A DNA stretch of 28,538 bases from the sequence record KM389306.1. The stretch is one strand, 5' to 3'. The notes under the pieces were generated by a model. It ran no database searches. It had not been told where the DNA came from and saw only the letters and a list, made by a program, of their open reading frames with translations. A program made the translations under genes and the position numbers. Origin of the DNA: Escherichia phage Phi06_2974 B. This document shows positions 1-8,887 of the stretch, in pieces; the stretch's first letter is position 1; the number at the start of each line of letters is the position of its first letter.

Positions 1-978
1 GGATAACTGACCAAAGCCCACCAGTTCAATTTTGTTGCCTGCTGTCAGTTGAGGTGTCCCCATCAGCGTCAGGGAGCCGTTCTGCTGGTATTCGTTATGT
101 CTGGCCAGCGCCGAATCTGCTTTAATCCGTGCGGTGTCCGGGTCGCTGACGCGGCTGTTGACCTTAAGTGAGTCGGCACTGGTGACCTTACCGCCTTTGG
201 TTTGTTTGTCGCTTTCGCTGGTACCGCCATCAGCTTCATAAACGATCAACTTTTTATCACTGCTCTTCTGGTGTTTTACCTTCGCGGATTTGTAGACGCG
301 GTTGATGGTGTCACGCAGGGAAAAACGGGCCACATCCTGCGGCTTAAGCTGCTTAACTGGCTCCTGACCGCGCAGCGTGGCCAGATGAGAAAAAACCAGC
401 TGGTCGCTGACCACTTTTACGGCATAACCATACTCGCTGGCCAGTCGACGCAGGAAACCCACGTCCGTTTCAGCATACTGGGTCACCCGGTCAATTTTGA
501 TGGACTCAATACTGCCAACCAGCTTCAGTTGATGCTTTTTGGCAATCCGTCCGGCGATGGCCGCCAGCGTGGTGCTCTCGAAACCACGACTGGATTTTGT
601 CCGCAGGGCGTTGTTGACCGACGTGGCCACGCCCCGGATAGCGACAACGGACGCGGGCGAACTCACCTCGATCTCGTCTATAGAGAACGTACCGCAGGAC
701 AGCAGCTTCTCGCCCTGATAACCCATTTTCAGCGTCAGCGTGTCACCCTTGCCCGGATACCACTTATCCAGCCAGCGGCCATCGGTGTCGTCCAGTTCCA
801 CCTCAATGGTATCGGACTCGCTTTTGATGTTATCGCTGTAGGTTACGCGGGTGACATAGGGGGCGATATCGGTGGTGATGTTCTTCTGCAGATACCATAG
901 CGTGAACACCGGACTCAGAACATCGCTGACGCCGGTTAACGCTGATGCGGCTTGTGCAGGGCTGTTTATCTCAGCCAT
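1..978 (-). CDS. baseplate hub / late control gene D-like tail protein (N-terminal part; gene runs off window start)
   Basis: Minus-strand frame hand-translated from ATG 978..976 (SD AAGAGGA upstream) stays open down to at least 541: MAEINSPAQAASALTGVSDVLSPVFTLWYLQKNITTDIAPYVTRVTYSDNIKSESDTIEVELDDTDGRWLDKWYPGKGDTLTLKMGYQGEKLLSCGTFSIDEIEVS...; absent from ORF track because no stop in window; follows gpU/gpX-like genes. Confidence 0.5.
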   Translation of the reverse strand, partial: MAEINSPAQAASALTGVSDVLSPVFTLWYLQKNITTDIAPYVTRVTYSDNIKSESDTIEVELDDTDGRWLDKWYPGKGDTLTLKMGYQGEKLLSCGTFSIDEIEVSSPASVVAIRGVATSVNNALRTKSSRGFESTTLAAIAGRIAKKHQLKLVGSIESIKIDRVTQYAETDVGFLRRLASEYGYAVKVVSDQLVFSHLATLRGQEPVKQLKPQDVARFSLRDTINRVYKSAKVKHQKSSDKKLIVYEADGGTSESDKQTKGGKVTSADSLKVNSRVSDPDTARIKADSALARHNEYQQNGSLTLMGTPQLTAGNKIELVGFGQLS

Positions 979-1178
979 GGGGCAATATCCTCTTCTGTAC
1001 TGGCTTCTTCAGCCTCGATAACCGGAATCAGTAACAACAGCCCGGAGGGCAGCACCGGCGTGATGGCCACGTGTGGATTGGCGGCAATTATCCGGGGATA
1101 GCCCAGCGGGTCGCCGTAGTACTGCCATGCGAGAGAGTCCCAGCGCTCTCCGTCACGGGTGACATGTTCAAGAAACAT
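966..1178 (-). CDS. tail protein X-like (small LysM-like tail protein)
   Basis: ORF track 966..1181 (first codon GTG; ATG at 1178 overlaps upstream stop); 70 aa with YYGDPLGY...AANP...LPSG motif pattern recalled for P2 gpX family; position between gpU-like and gpD-like genes. Confidence 0.45.
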   Translation of the reverse strand: MFLEHVTRDGERWDSLAWQYYGDPLGYPRIIAANPHVAITPVLPSGLLLLIPVIEAEEASTEEDIAPWLR

Positions 1179-2062
1179 CACACACTCCTCGCCAGAATTT
1201 TGGCTGCCATGGTGCTTAACCCCGGCGACATACGGGTGAAGGTGGTGCTGGCGGAGTTAAGCTGCCCGGAAACGGCATCCAGCGCCGCTGCGATATTGCT
1301 GCCGTCCACGCCGCTCAGTGAAGACTGTGCCTGTTGTACATACGTGGCCGCATCACTGGTGGCTCTGGCCAGACTGATGGCATCAGGCATGGATTCAGAA
1401 AGCGCATTAAATGCCGGAACGCTTTGACCCAACGCCCCGGACACGTTGCCCAGCCCGCTCATCAACCCCGGTACGCGGGTCAGTGCAACGGCGGGGTTAT
1501 CCTTCATTTTCTGCGCCACCCGAACGGCACTGATGGTGGTCTGGAGAACAGACTGCGCCTGTTTGGCGTAGTTGACGCCGTCGCGGACGTACTGCGCTAC
1601 CCCGGAAGGTGAAGGAACGGCACCGGAGACCGCCCCGACGCCGGGAACCTGCGTGCGTATTGCGGGTGGCTGTAGCGGGTTTTTCGGGTCGCCGATGTAC
1701 TCCCGGAGAGACGCGGTGGCATTGACGGCCAGCACGTTGCCGGTGCTGTCGGTCTGCTCGCTGGTCGCAGTAACATCGGTAATCACGAACCAGCCGCGAT
1801 AGTCACCGTTGCCGAAGACCAGCGCCAGCGCTTGATGGGCCTTCATGGCCGTTCGCAGTCTCGCCAGCTCCACGTCGGGCACACAATAGTGCTGATGGAA
1901 GACCAGGCTTATCTGGATTTCGTCCAGCTTATCGCCAACGAACTGCAGGCCGGGCTTACCCTCGATACGGGGATGCTCCGCATAATCGACGCCGAACGTG
2001 ACCTCGAAGCCGTCCCAGTAGGTAATCAGTTCAAACTCAATATCACCCAATACTGCAAACAT
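1178..2062 (-). CDS. tail protein U-like (N-terminal domain) with low-complexity Ser/Ala-rich C-terminal extension
   Basis: ORF track 294 aa; ATG at 2062 overlaps tape-measure stop; N-terminus MFAVLGDIEFELITYWDG...GWFVITDV resembles the gpU tail family as I recall it; gene order after tape measure. Confidence 0.45.
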   Translation of the reverse strand: MFAVLGDIEFELITYWDGFEVTFGVDYAEHPRIEGKPGLQFVGDKLDEIQISLVFHQHYCVPDVELARLRTAMKAHQALALVFGNGDYRGWFVITDVTATSEQTDSTGNVLAVNATASLREYIGDPKNPLQPPAIRTQVPGVGAVSGAVPSPSGVAQYVRDGVNYAKQAQSVLQTTISAVRVAQKMKDNPAVALTRVPGLMSGLGNVSGALGQSVPAFNALSESMPDAISLARATSDAATYVQQAQSSLSGVDGSNIAAALDAVSGQLNSASTTFTRMSPGLSTMAAKILARSV

Positions 2063-4527
2063 CAGCTGTACCTCCTGCGTTGTTGCTGAGCCAGCAGACG
2101 CTCCAGCATTTTCTCCAGCTCATGCAGGCTCATATTCAGTACGCCGGTCAACCCGTCAGGCGCTGCGGTTTCTTTGCCATTGAGGAAAAACTGAGGATTA
2201 AAGCTGACCTGGATACCGCCAGATGTTCCGCTGCCAGTTGCAGCTGCGCCACGACCTGAATATCCCGCCGCCATGATTTCCGGCGACGGGATACGGGGAA
2301 CATCCGGTGTCATTTCAGTGGCCAGACGCTGCCCGGCCAGTGCAGCAAGTGGTGTGGTGCGCTGCAGGCCGATAGCTGCTCCCTGCGCGATGTTGTCACC
2401 AAAGCCTATAAACACGCGGCTCGGCGAATGAATGCCCAGCTTTTCCTTGAACCAACCGCCGACGCTGTCGCCCATATCTGTGACGGTGGTTTTGAGCGAC
2501 TCCCATTTGTTTTTGATGCCGTTAATCAGGCCGTCGATAAGATGGCCACCGAAGTCGGTGAACTTCGCTGGCAGATCAACACCGAGGTATTTCAGCGCAG
2601 CCGCAAAGGCTTTATAGAGCAGACCAACCGGCGACCAGTTAATCAGCAGCTTACCAATCCCCACGACACCGCCATTAAACGCCTCTTTAATGTCAGCCCA
2701 GCGCTGTTTAAACCAGCTACTGACTGCGCCCCAGTTGCGATAAATAAGGTAAGCTGCTGCCGCGACGGCGGTGATGGCGAGACCAATGGGATTCATCAGC
2801 AGCGCCCGGCCAATCCAGAGAACGGCCCGCCCGGCGATCATAATGCCGCGAACCAGCCCACCTGACAGCACACCACCCAGTGTTCTGGCTCCTCTGGCGA
2901 CGGCGCTGAAGCCGGTCACCAGCCAGCGGAGCTTACCGCCTTCACCGAGTGCAAGCGACAGTCGAAGCCAGTTGGCCCGCAGTAAAACGGCATTTTTCCA
3001 GACGTTAACAAAGGGGGAAATAAGGAGATTCAGCCCCAGCTTGAGACCGATAGTGGCCATCTTGAAAGCGAGTAATGCTCCTACAACCTTTATGGTGCCG
3101 CTGACGATTTGCGGGTTTGCCGCTATCCATTTGCCGACACTGTCCATTAAAGGAATAAAAGTCTCACCCAGTTGGATCAAGGCCGGGCGTAGTGACTCAC
3201 CAATGCTGATGGCTGCCTCGTTAAAACCAATCTGAGTTCTGCGCCAACGACCTTCGAGCGTATTATTTTGTTTTGCAGCATCCTTATCCAGCGTAGACAT
3301 TGCTGACGGGGTATTCATTTCCTGCTTGCTGGAAAGGTATTTATCCCAGCCCTGACGCATTGACAGTAAATGGTTAACGGTCTGAATATCAGTGAAGACT
3401 TCTGCCAGACCAAATGACTCCATTAGCTTCTGCTGGCCTTCCTGATCGCCTCTTGAGCCTGCTGCTTTCCATTGCTGTAAAAACGCCTTACCTTTACCGT
3501 CGATAAAACGGTTGGCAATCATCAGTGAGGCTTCATACTGTGAGAAGCCCTGAGCGACGTAATTCTGCATTGACCCCTGGTAATCCACCCCGGCTTTAGC
3601 ATATTTCTGGATGGTATCTCCGCGCCCCATCGCCGCCAGCCAGTTTGACATATTGGTGACGGCCTCTTCCGCTGAGCCGCTGCCTTTACCAACTTCCAGA
3701 CTGGCGACGATCTGGGTAATCGCATCTTTTCCATAAATACCACGAGCAGCGAAGGCTTTAGCCATACCGGGTAATGCTTTTGCCATATCCTTCAGCTCAA
3801 ATGACCCAAGTTTGGCTCCTGTTGCCGCAATACCAAATGCCTGTTCAAGTTCTTTCGCATCAGTGATTCTGAGTGCATCGCTGAAGGCATAAGTCATTTT
3901 GGCAAGGTCGGTCATATCGGCTTTGGTTGCTGTAGCGGTCTTTCCAAGCATCTCTGCAAACGTTGCTGCCCGTTCGGGGGCCATACCATCAGCAACTAAT
4001 TGTCCGACTCCCCCTAACAGAGACTCCTGCAGTTGGTTAACCTTCAGCGAGGCCTGTCTGATAGCCAGGCCAATTGCACGTTCCTGCCTTGAATCCAGAT
4101 CACCAGTGACACTGATATCCCGCAACTGCGATTCAAACGAGGCATATTGTTTGACTGAGGCCATGACCGGTGCACCCAGTGTTCTGACGATGGCATAGGT
4201 TTCTGCTCCCTGGCCATAGAGCGCCATGCGGTTAGCTTTCAGCGCGTCACTGGTGGTTGATACTGCTGACAAACGGCGCTGCTGGCGCTCAATTTGCTCC
4301 ATTGTGCGGCTTACCCGCAGCAGGTCGCTGTTGAGGCGCTGCATCCGGGAAGAACCCAACTGACCATAGCGTTCTGTTGCACGGGTTAAGGCGTTTTGGC
4401 GTTCCTGCAGGCGGCGCGATGTATCGCCCAGGGAATCAAGGGCGCGTCGGGTACCGCTGACGGCTGAGCGGAAGCTACTCCCGACAATGCCGCCAATAAT
4501 GACGCCGACTGAAAATTCACTGGCCAC
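2062..4527 (-). CDS. tail tape measure protein
   Basis: ORF track 821 aa; GTG start with SD AGAGGA 8 nt upstream; coiled-coil-rich N-terminus, hydrophobic Gly/Ala-rich central segments, position downstream of chaperone pair. Confidence 0.8.
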   Translation of the reverse strand: MASEFSVGVIIGGIVGSSFRSAVSGTRRALDSLGDTSRRLQERQNALTRATERYGQLGSSRMQRLNSDLLRVSRTMEQIERQQRRLSAVSTTSDALKANRMALYGQGAETYAIVRTLGAPVMASVKQYASFESQLRDISVTGDLDSRQERAIGLAIRQASLKVNQLQESLLGGVGQLVADGMAPERAATFAEMLGKTATATKADMTDLAKMTYAFSDALRITDAKELEQAFGIAATGAKLGSFELKDMAKALPGMAKAFAARGIYGKDAITQIVASLEVGKGSGSAEEAVTNMSNWLAAMGRGDTIQKYAKAGVDYQGSMQNYVAQGFSQYEASLMIANRFIDGKGKAFLQQWKAAGSRGDQEGQQKLMESFGLAEVFTDIQTVNHLLSMRQGWDKYLSSKQEMNTPSAMSTLDKDAAKQNNTLEGRWRRTQIGFNEAAISIGESLRPALIQLGETFIPLMDSVGKWIAANPQIVSGTIKVVGALLAFKMATIGLKLGLNLLISPFVNVWKNAVLLRANWLRLSLALGEGGKLRWLVTGFSAVARGARTLGGVLSGGLVRGIMIAGRAVLWIGRALLMNPIGLAITAVAAAAYLIYRNWGAVSSWFKQRWADIKEAFNGGVVGIGKLLINWSPVGLLYKAFAAALKYLGVDLPAKFTDFGGHLIDGLINGIKNKWESLKTTVTDMGDSVGGWFKEKLGIHSPSRVFIGFGDNIAQGAAIGLQRTTPLAALAGQRLATEMTPDVPRIPSPEIMAAGYSGRGAAATGSGTSGGIQVSFNPQFFLNGKETAAPDGLTGVLNMSLHELEKMLERLLAQQQRRRYS

Positions 4528-4619
4528 GGTGGTTATCCTCTGAAAGCGGAAAAACGGAAGGAAAATGTCTGAGAGCCATGCAGAACAGCCGCGAGTAGCG
4601 GCTGTTAAGTGATGAGGAG

Positions 4620-4725
4620 TTAATGATTATCGCCGAACTCGCTTCTGATTTGCACTTCAGCCTGCTCCAGCCACATCTCCAGATCGTCAGTATCGAGGGC
4701 ATCAATCTCCCCCGGCTGAAATCTA
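4620..4725 (-). CDS. putative frameshift extension of tail assembly chaperone (+1/-2 frame relative to upstream chaperone ORF)
   Basis: ORF track 4620..4877 overlaps 4723..5037 in the +1 frame; distal part RFQPGEIDALDTDDLEMWLEQAEVQIRSEFGDNH looks protein-like and lacks its own SD-preceded start. Confidence 0.4.
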
Positions 4726-5037
4726 AACCACCTCGCCAGCAGCCCCTGCGCCTGCATCAGCGTTTTCGTCGCTCTTGCCCAGCCCAGTGACTTGCTGAAA
4801 TCGTTTCTGCAGCTCCATGTAGTCGGCAAGATCCATATTATCGAGGTCTTCCGGAAGAATACCGGTGCTACGGGCAATCAGCGGCTCGTCCCAGTCAGCC
4901 GGGTCTTTACTGATTTTGCGCACCTGCTTCAGGTCTTTGACCGTCAGGCGTTTCAGTTCAACCTGCTCAACTCTGGTGCCAGCAGCGGTGGTGAAGGGGT
5001 AAGACAGCTTAAAAGTATCGGATTGGGTTTGTGACAT
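4723..5037 (-). CDS. tail assembly chaperone (G/E-like)
   Basis: ORF track 104 aa; ATG at 5037 with SD AGGAG; immediately upstream of tape measure; acidic low-complexity C-terminus. Confidence 0.6.
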   Translation of the reverse strand: MSQTQSDTFKLSYPFTTAAGTRVEQVELKRLTVKDLKQVRKISKDPADWDEPLIARSTGILPEDLDNMDLADYMELQKRFQQVTGLGKSDENADAGAGAAGEVV

Positions 5038-5104
5038 GATCGTGCTCCTGTGTAAGTTCAGAGCAGTATGTCTGGTGGTGGGACTGGCAGATATTAAAGG
5101 GGAT

Positions 5105-5129
5105 TAAGAAGAAAGGGGCCGAAGCCCCT
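5105..5129 (-). terminator. putative intrinsic terminator (stem AGGGGC / GCCCCT, UUCG loop, then UUCUUCUU on minus strand)
   Basis: Hairpin at 5114..5129 read directly; U-rich run follows on the minus strand; sits 7 nt after the stop of the 93-aa ORF. Confidence 0.45.
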
Positions 5130-5135
5130 GTGATA

Positions 5136-5417
5136 TCAGTGAGTGCGAAAGCCTTTGCAGTTACGCAGGAAGGCGATAAGAAGTACCTTTCCTTCAGATT
5201 TGCCGATGCCGGTGAACCAGTGGTCAGGTGGCTCCCATGCCTCAATCAGGTCAGCGAGCTTTCGTGCTTTGGAGCGTGTGCAGTCAATCGGGTCATTGGT
5301 TTTCTGGGTATTAAAAAGGTTTTCCACCCCTGAAATATCAAGGATGGTAAACCACGTACCATTCCCCATGCCAATCGAACCACAGTTCCCGCCTTTATCT
5401 TCAATCTCGACGGTCAC
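5136..5417 (-). CDS. hypothetical protein (93 aa) between tail tube and chaperone genes
   Basis: ORF track; GTG start 2 nt after tube stop; followed by hairpin terminator on same strand; antisense plus-strand ORF looks less protein-like; no recognisable motif. Confidence 0.35.
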   Translation of the reverse strand: MTVEIEDKGGNCGSIGMGNGTWFTILDISGVENLFNTQKTNDPIDCTRSKARKLADLIEAWEPPDHWFTGIGKSEGKVLLIAFLRNCKGFRTH

Positions 5418-5419
5418 CG

Positions 5420-5941
5420 TCAGCCCCCGATGTTGATGCGGTAGTCGGTCAACTGGTCAATGCCGCCGACGCGGAAGATGTTGGCCAGATAGTCCAGCTC
5501 CAGCAACTCTTCACCATCCAGTACCTGCTTGATGTACGTGCAGGTGAAGCTACTGGAGAACTCGGCGTTCTCATGCTGTTTGAACGTCCCCAGCGGGTTC
5601 TTCTTAAACATGATCGTCAGGAAAGTGACCAGCGGAATTTCGTCAATCAGCCCCTGCGAGCTGTAGCGCTGAACGCTGGAACGGCACTGCAGCGCCAGCG
5701 ACTTATACGGGTTCGCGGCAGACAGCATCGCGTCGCGGTAAAAGCTGTTCCACTTGATCTCGCCCTCAAGCTTGTCGAAGCCAGCAGGGAGTTCCACCTT
5801 GCCCACCATCCCCAGCGCCTTATGCTCCTGCATGGTCATGGAGACGTCAGGCAGTTTGACCTCCTCGGCCCGGCCCAGCAGGTTAGCGCCATCCAGGTAG
5901 ATGTTGGCATTCGTGATGCGGTTGATCTCAATCTTTGCCAT
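5420..5941 (-). CDS. tail tube protein
   Basis: ORF track 173 aa; ATG overlaps sheath stop; size and position directly after sheath gene typical of contractile-tail tube. Confidence 0.75.
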   Translation of the reverse strand: MAKIEINRITNANIYLDGANLLGRAEEVKLPDVSMTMQEHKALGMVGKVELPAGFDKLEGEIKWNSFYRDAMLSAANPYKSLALQCRSSVQRYSSQGLIDEIPLVTFLTIMFKKNPLGTFKQHENAEFSSSFTCTYIKQVLDGEELLELDYLANIFRVGGIDQLTDYRINIGG

Positions 5942-7368
5942 CAGCTATTCCCCTTCAGGGTTAACAGGTATTCCGAGGTGATCTCGGTCTCAAACGTCAG
6001 TCGCTCCAGCGGCGGTGGCGGCGTGTATTTGTAGCTCAGCAACAGATGACCGGCGGCCAGCTCCATCTCTTCATTACGGGCCGGATCAAACCAGCAACTG
6101 AAGCCCAGCAGTGCACCGTCGCCAATCAGCTTGCGACCGTAGGCGTTGACCGACTCCGTCAGCGCATCAATCAGTGCCTGGGTAATCGGCATGTCGATGT
6201 ACTGCTGGCTGAAATAACGCAGGGACTCGTTGATAACATCACCGGTGCGGCGAACGTTCTCAAAGTTGCGCATATGGGTGACCGTTGGCCATGCTGCCGT
6301 CCGGTTGCCCCACAGACGCAGGCCGCTGCCGTAGCTGCTGAAGACCGTAGTGATGCCCTGTTCGTTGAGCAGGTTCACCTCGCTCTGCGGGTCATCAATC
6401 ATTGCCGACAGCTGGCGCTCCACGCCGGTGATACCCAGAATCTCCTGGTTGGAGGACGACCACCAGTAGCCCTTGTCCAGGTCGACCTTGGCACGCAGAC
6501 CTGCAGCACGCTGGCTCAGCGGCTCCAGCCGTTCGCTGTTGGTGGCCGCGTCGTACACCTTGACGTGCGGATAGCACAGACGGACGCGGTCGGAGCTGGT
6601 ATTGAAGTTAATGGTGCCTTCCGGGCCACGCCCCGCCAGAGCCTGCGCAAAAGTGGTACCAATCGGCGCGTCGATGTAGGTCACCGCGCCCAGCTTCTCA
6701 GCCATGGCGATAAGCTCAACCGAGACGCTGTTCTGGGTGCAGAATACCGGGGCAATCAGAATTTTGGCGAAGTAGCCAAACAGGTTGAAGCTGTCGTTAA
6801 GCAACTTCATGCCGGTACGGTTGCCTGCCGCGTTAACGGTACCGATGATATCAGCCGGGGTGACTTTGGTCGGATCGGCATAGTTATAGCTGGCCTTCAC
6901 CGTTGCATCTGCAGCAATGCTTTTACCAAGATTAGTAATCACCCCGGTCTGCGCATCAAGCGAGTAGTCCTGACCTTCCACATAAGGCTGACCGTCGCTG
7001 TCCGGTTTCAGTACCAGCTGCGCGATCACCGGATTAGCCAGCTGTGCCTTGCCCGTCGCCTTGTCGAATGTTACGTCTTCATCGGCCACAGCGGTTTTAT
7101 GCACAGCCGGATCAAGCACGTTAATGACCAGAACGGTGCCTGCCCCATGGTCGTAGATCGCATCCAGTGCCTGCGGAATGGTAAAGCCAGTGAGCTGGCT
7201 GCCAAACGCCGCTGCATCTTTCTCAGACAGGCACTGCACCAGCGTATTGACGTCTCCCATTGGGGCGGTACCAATCAGGCCAATGACGGCGGATTTCACC
7301 GTTTTAACCGGGCGGGCACCGTTTTCCACCTCAATGGTTTCGACGCCATGCAGATAGTTAGCTGACAT
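5941..7368 (-). CDS. tail sheath protein
   Basis: ORF track 475 aa; ATG at 7368 with SD GGAGG; size and order (sheath-tube-chaperone-tape measure). Confidence 0.8.
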   Translation of the reverse strand: MSANYLHGVETIEVENGARPVKTVKSAVIGLIGTAPMGDVNTLVQCLSEKDAAAFGSQLTGFTIPQALDAIYDHGAGTVLVINVLDPAVHKTAVADEDVTFDKATGKAQLANPVIAQLVLKPDSDGQPYVEGQDYSLDAQTGVITNLGKSIAADATVKASYNYADPTKVTPADIIGTVNAAGNRTGMKLLNDSFNLFGYFAKILIAPVFCTQNSVSVELIAMAEKLGAVTYIDAPIGTTFAQALAGRGPEGTINFNTSSDRVRLCYPHVKVYDAATNSERLEPLSQRAAGLRAKVDLDKGYWWSSSNQEILGITGVERQLSAMIDDPQSEVNLLNEQGITTVFSSYGSGLRLWGNRTAAWPTVTHMRNFENVRRTGDVINESLRYFSQQYIDMPITQALIDALTESVNAYGRKLIGDGALLGFSCWFDPARNEEMELAAGHLLLSYKYTPPPPLERLTFETEITSEYLLTLKGNS

Positions 7369-7609
7369 GGGAGTCCTCCGTTTTCACATCGCTGTCGCCG
7401 CCGTTCCTGCGCTTTGGTGACTGCACAGCCGGTATGCTGGCGGGTTTAGTCTCTTCAGATACCGGCGTCAGATGCTTCAGCGCCACCAGTACCTTCACAT
7501 AGTCATGCTCCTCGGGCAGGGAAACATTCTTCCCCGGCCAGAGCAGGATTTCGGTTCCGTCCGACAGCGTGACGCCGCTGGCCGGGCCGGAATAGCGGTA
7601 TTCTTTCAT
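7358..7609 (-). CDS. hypothetical small structural protein (Mu gp38 position)
   Basis: ORF track 7358..7612 (GTG); ATG at 7609 overlaps upstream stop (TGATG); 83 aa. Confidence 0.4.
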   Translation of the reverse strand: MKEYRYSGPASGVTLSDGTEILLWPGKNVSLPEEHDYVKVLVALKHLTPVSEETKPASIPAVQSPKRRNGGDSDVKTEDSHVS

Positions 7610-8073
7610 CACTCGCTTTCCTCATAGTTCACTTCGGTTAACAGCGGGCCGGACGGTAAATCGCTGTCTTCGATAAAGACGCTTTCGGTTGCGAAGTCGA
7701 GAGCGTACTGCCACAGCCCCTTGGCCTCACCGATAAACACCTCACGGGTCAGCCAGATACGGCGGCGGCAGTTCGGCGGGGTGTAGCCGCCGAGTATGCG
7801 GCGGACTGCATCCAGAACGTCAATCGCACCTCTTTTACCGTTGAGCTGGCGGAAGACCACCGTGACGCAGAGCTGGATAGTCTGAGGCTGGATCACCGCA
7901 CCAATATCATCGGGTTTGTCGAAGCGTGAACCGGCATAGCTCAGCAGCAACGCCCCGACAGGATGATTCAGACGGTATTCGGACGGCTTTTCCGGGAAGT
8001 ACTCCACCTGCAGCTGGGGCAGCTTCTCGCGCAACCGGGCCAGCACAGCATCGAGGACGGGCAGAACGTTCAT
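7609..8073 (-). CDS. Mu gp37-like head-tail joining/structural protein
   Basis: ORF track 154 aa; ATG with SD GGAGA; position between capsid and sheath genes. Confidence 0.45.
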   Translation of the reverse strand: MNVLPVLDAVLARLREKLPQLQVEYFPEKPSEYRLNHPVGALLLSYAGSRFDKPDDIGAVIQPQTIQLCVTVVFRQLNGKRGAIDVLDAVRRILGGYTPPNCRRRIWLTREVFIGEAKGLWQYALDFATESVFIEDSDLPSGPLLTEVNYEESE

Positions 8074-8519
8074 CAGTATTTCTCCAGTAAGCCGTCGCGC
8101 CCGCCAAAGGTGGGGCGACGTGCCCGCGCCCGGATTTCACCGGACTCAGGTACGTCTTTTTGAGTGGACTGCAGCCCCAGCGTCAGCTTCCCGTCGCGGA
8201 TAGCCTCAAGCTGACGCCGGGCCTCTTTGTTGTCGTCTTTGACGGTGTCAGGCAGATCACCTTCAGGACGACGGACATACAGGCGGTAACGCACCAGCGT
8301 GATGGCAATATCCCGCAGAACGGTAGGCACTTCTGCCAGCGGCAGGGTATAGCGGCCACGAAGGTGCGCATCAATCAACTCCCCGGCGTAGCGAACACAG
8401 CTGTCCACAACCGTCACATTCACCGTGGCAGGGGTGTCGAAATCCACGACCTCGTTAGTGAGCTGAATCAGCGTTGACTCAGGCACTTGTTCCTGTAAAT
8501 CCGCCAGGGTGCAGTACAT
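8073..8519 (-). CDS. Mu gp36-like protein
   Basis: ORF track 8073..8648 trimmed to ATG at 8519 (SD GGGGTG), immediately after stop of 8521..8877 gene; 148 aa. Confidence 0.45.
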   Translation of the reverse strand: MYCTLADLQEQVPESTLIQLTNEVVDFDTPATVNVTVVDSCVRYAGELIDAHLRGRYTLPLAEVPTVLRDIAITLVRYRLYVRRPEGDLPDTVKDDNKEARRQLEAIRDGKLTLGLQSTQKDVPESGEIRARARRPTFGGRDGLLEKY

Positions 8520-8520
8520 G

Positions 8521-8877
8521 TCACACCCCGCGCAGGATGCGGATAACATCGCCTTTGGCCAGTGCTTCATCCAGCGCAATCCCGGCTGAAATACCTGCCG
8601 GGGTGTCGCCTGATGCTGCTGTCTGGGGAACGGCGCAGGCATTTGCATCCGACTGAACGTTCAGCCCCCTGGCAATCGCGGCACCGGCCTCGACGGCAAC
8701 AATGCCCAGTACGTTGACCGGGGTTACATCACCGGCTGCGGCATCCACCTCTGCCACGCCGAGCGCGACGGCTCCGGCCTGACAGGGGGCGTTATCGGCA
8801 CCGACAAAGCGCTGTTGCGTCAGCGCCGCACTGGCCGTCACGGTAGTGGTCAGAATGACCTGCTGTGTTGTACCCAT
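8521..8877 (-). CDS. hypothetical Ala/Gly-rich head-associated protein
   Basis: ORF track 118 aa; ATG at 8877 with SD AAGGAG; directly downstream of major capsid gene. Confidence 0.45.
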   Translation of the reverse strand: MGTTQQVILTTTVTASAALTQQRFVGADNAPCQAGAVALGVAEVDAAAGDVTPVNVLGIVAVEAGAAIARGLNVQSDANACAVPQTAASGDTPAGISAGIALDEALAKGDVIRILRGV

Positions 8878-8887
8878 GACCGTCTCC

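Noticed and set aside
202-900. Long plus-strand ORF (232 aa) at the window start
   Set aside because: It is antisense to the gpD-like baseplate gene whose minus-strand frame I translated by hand from 978 downward; the plus-strand product is low-complexity and the minus-strand one looks like a real tail protein
840-900. Apparent DIGGDIGGD tandem repeat in the plus-strand translation
   Set aside because: It is an artefact of the antisense frame; the underlying DNA is only an approximate 12-nt repeat inside the gpD-like coding sequence
5143-5436. 97-aa plus-strand ORF opposite the 93-aa minus-strand ORF
   Set aside because: It is Ser/Arg/Pro-rich with a GTG start and no SD; the minus-strand ORF is coupled to the tube stop and followed by a same-strand terminator, so the minus strand is the better coding candidate, though with low confidence
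6046-7365. 439-aa plus-strand ORF
   Set aside because: Antisense shadow of the sheath gene; no RBS; Arg/Ala/Gly-rich composition typical of reverse-strand frames in G+C-rich coding DNA. The same reasoning applies to 8846..9829 (+), 14205..15272 (+) and 22419..23426 (-)
8073-8648. N-terminal extensions of several track ORFs (for example 8073..8648, 11167..11892, 16295..16687, 19989..20495, 27320..27937)
   Set aside because: The track opens ORFs at the first ATG/GTG/TTG; the extensions overlap the upstream gene by 100 nt or more and lack an RBS, while internal ATGs with good SDs sit right after the upstream stop codons, so I trimmed the starts
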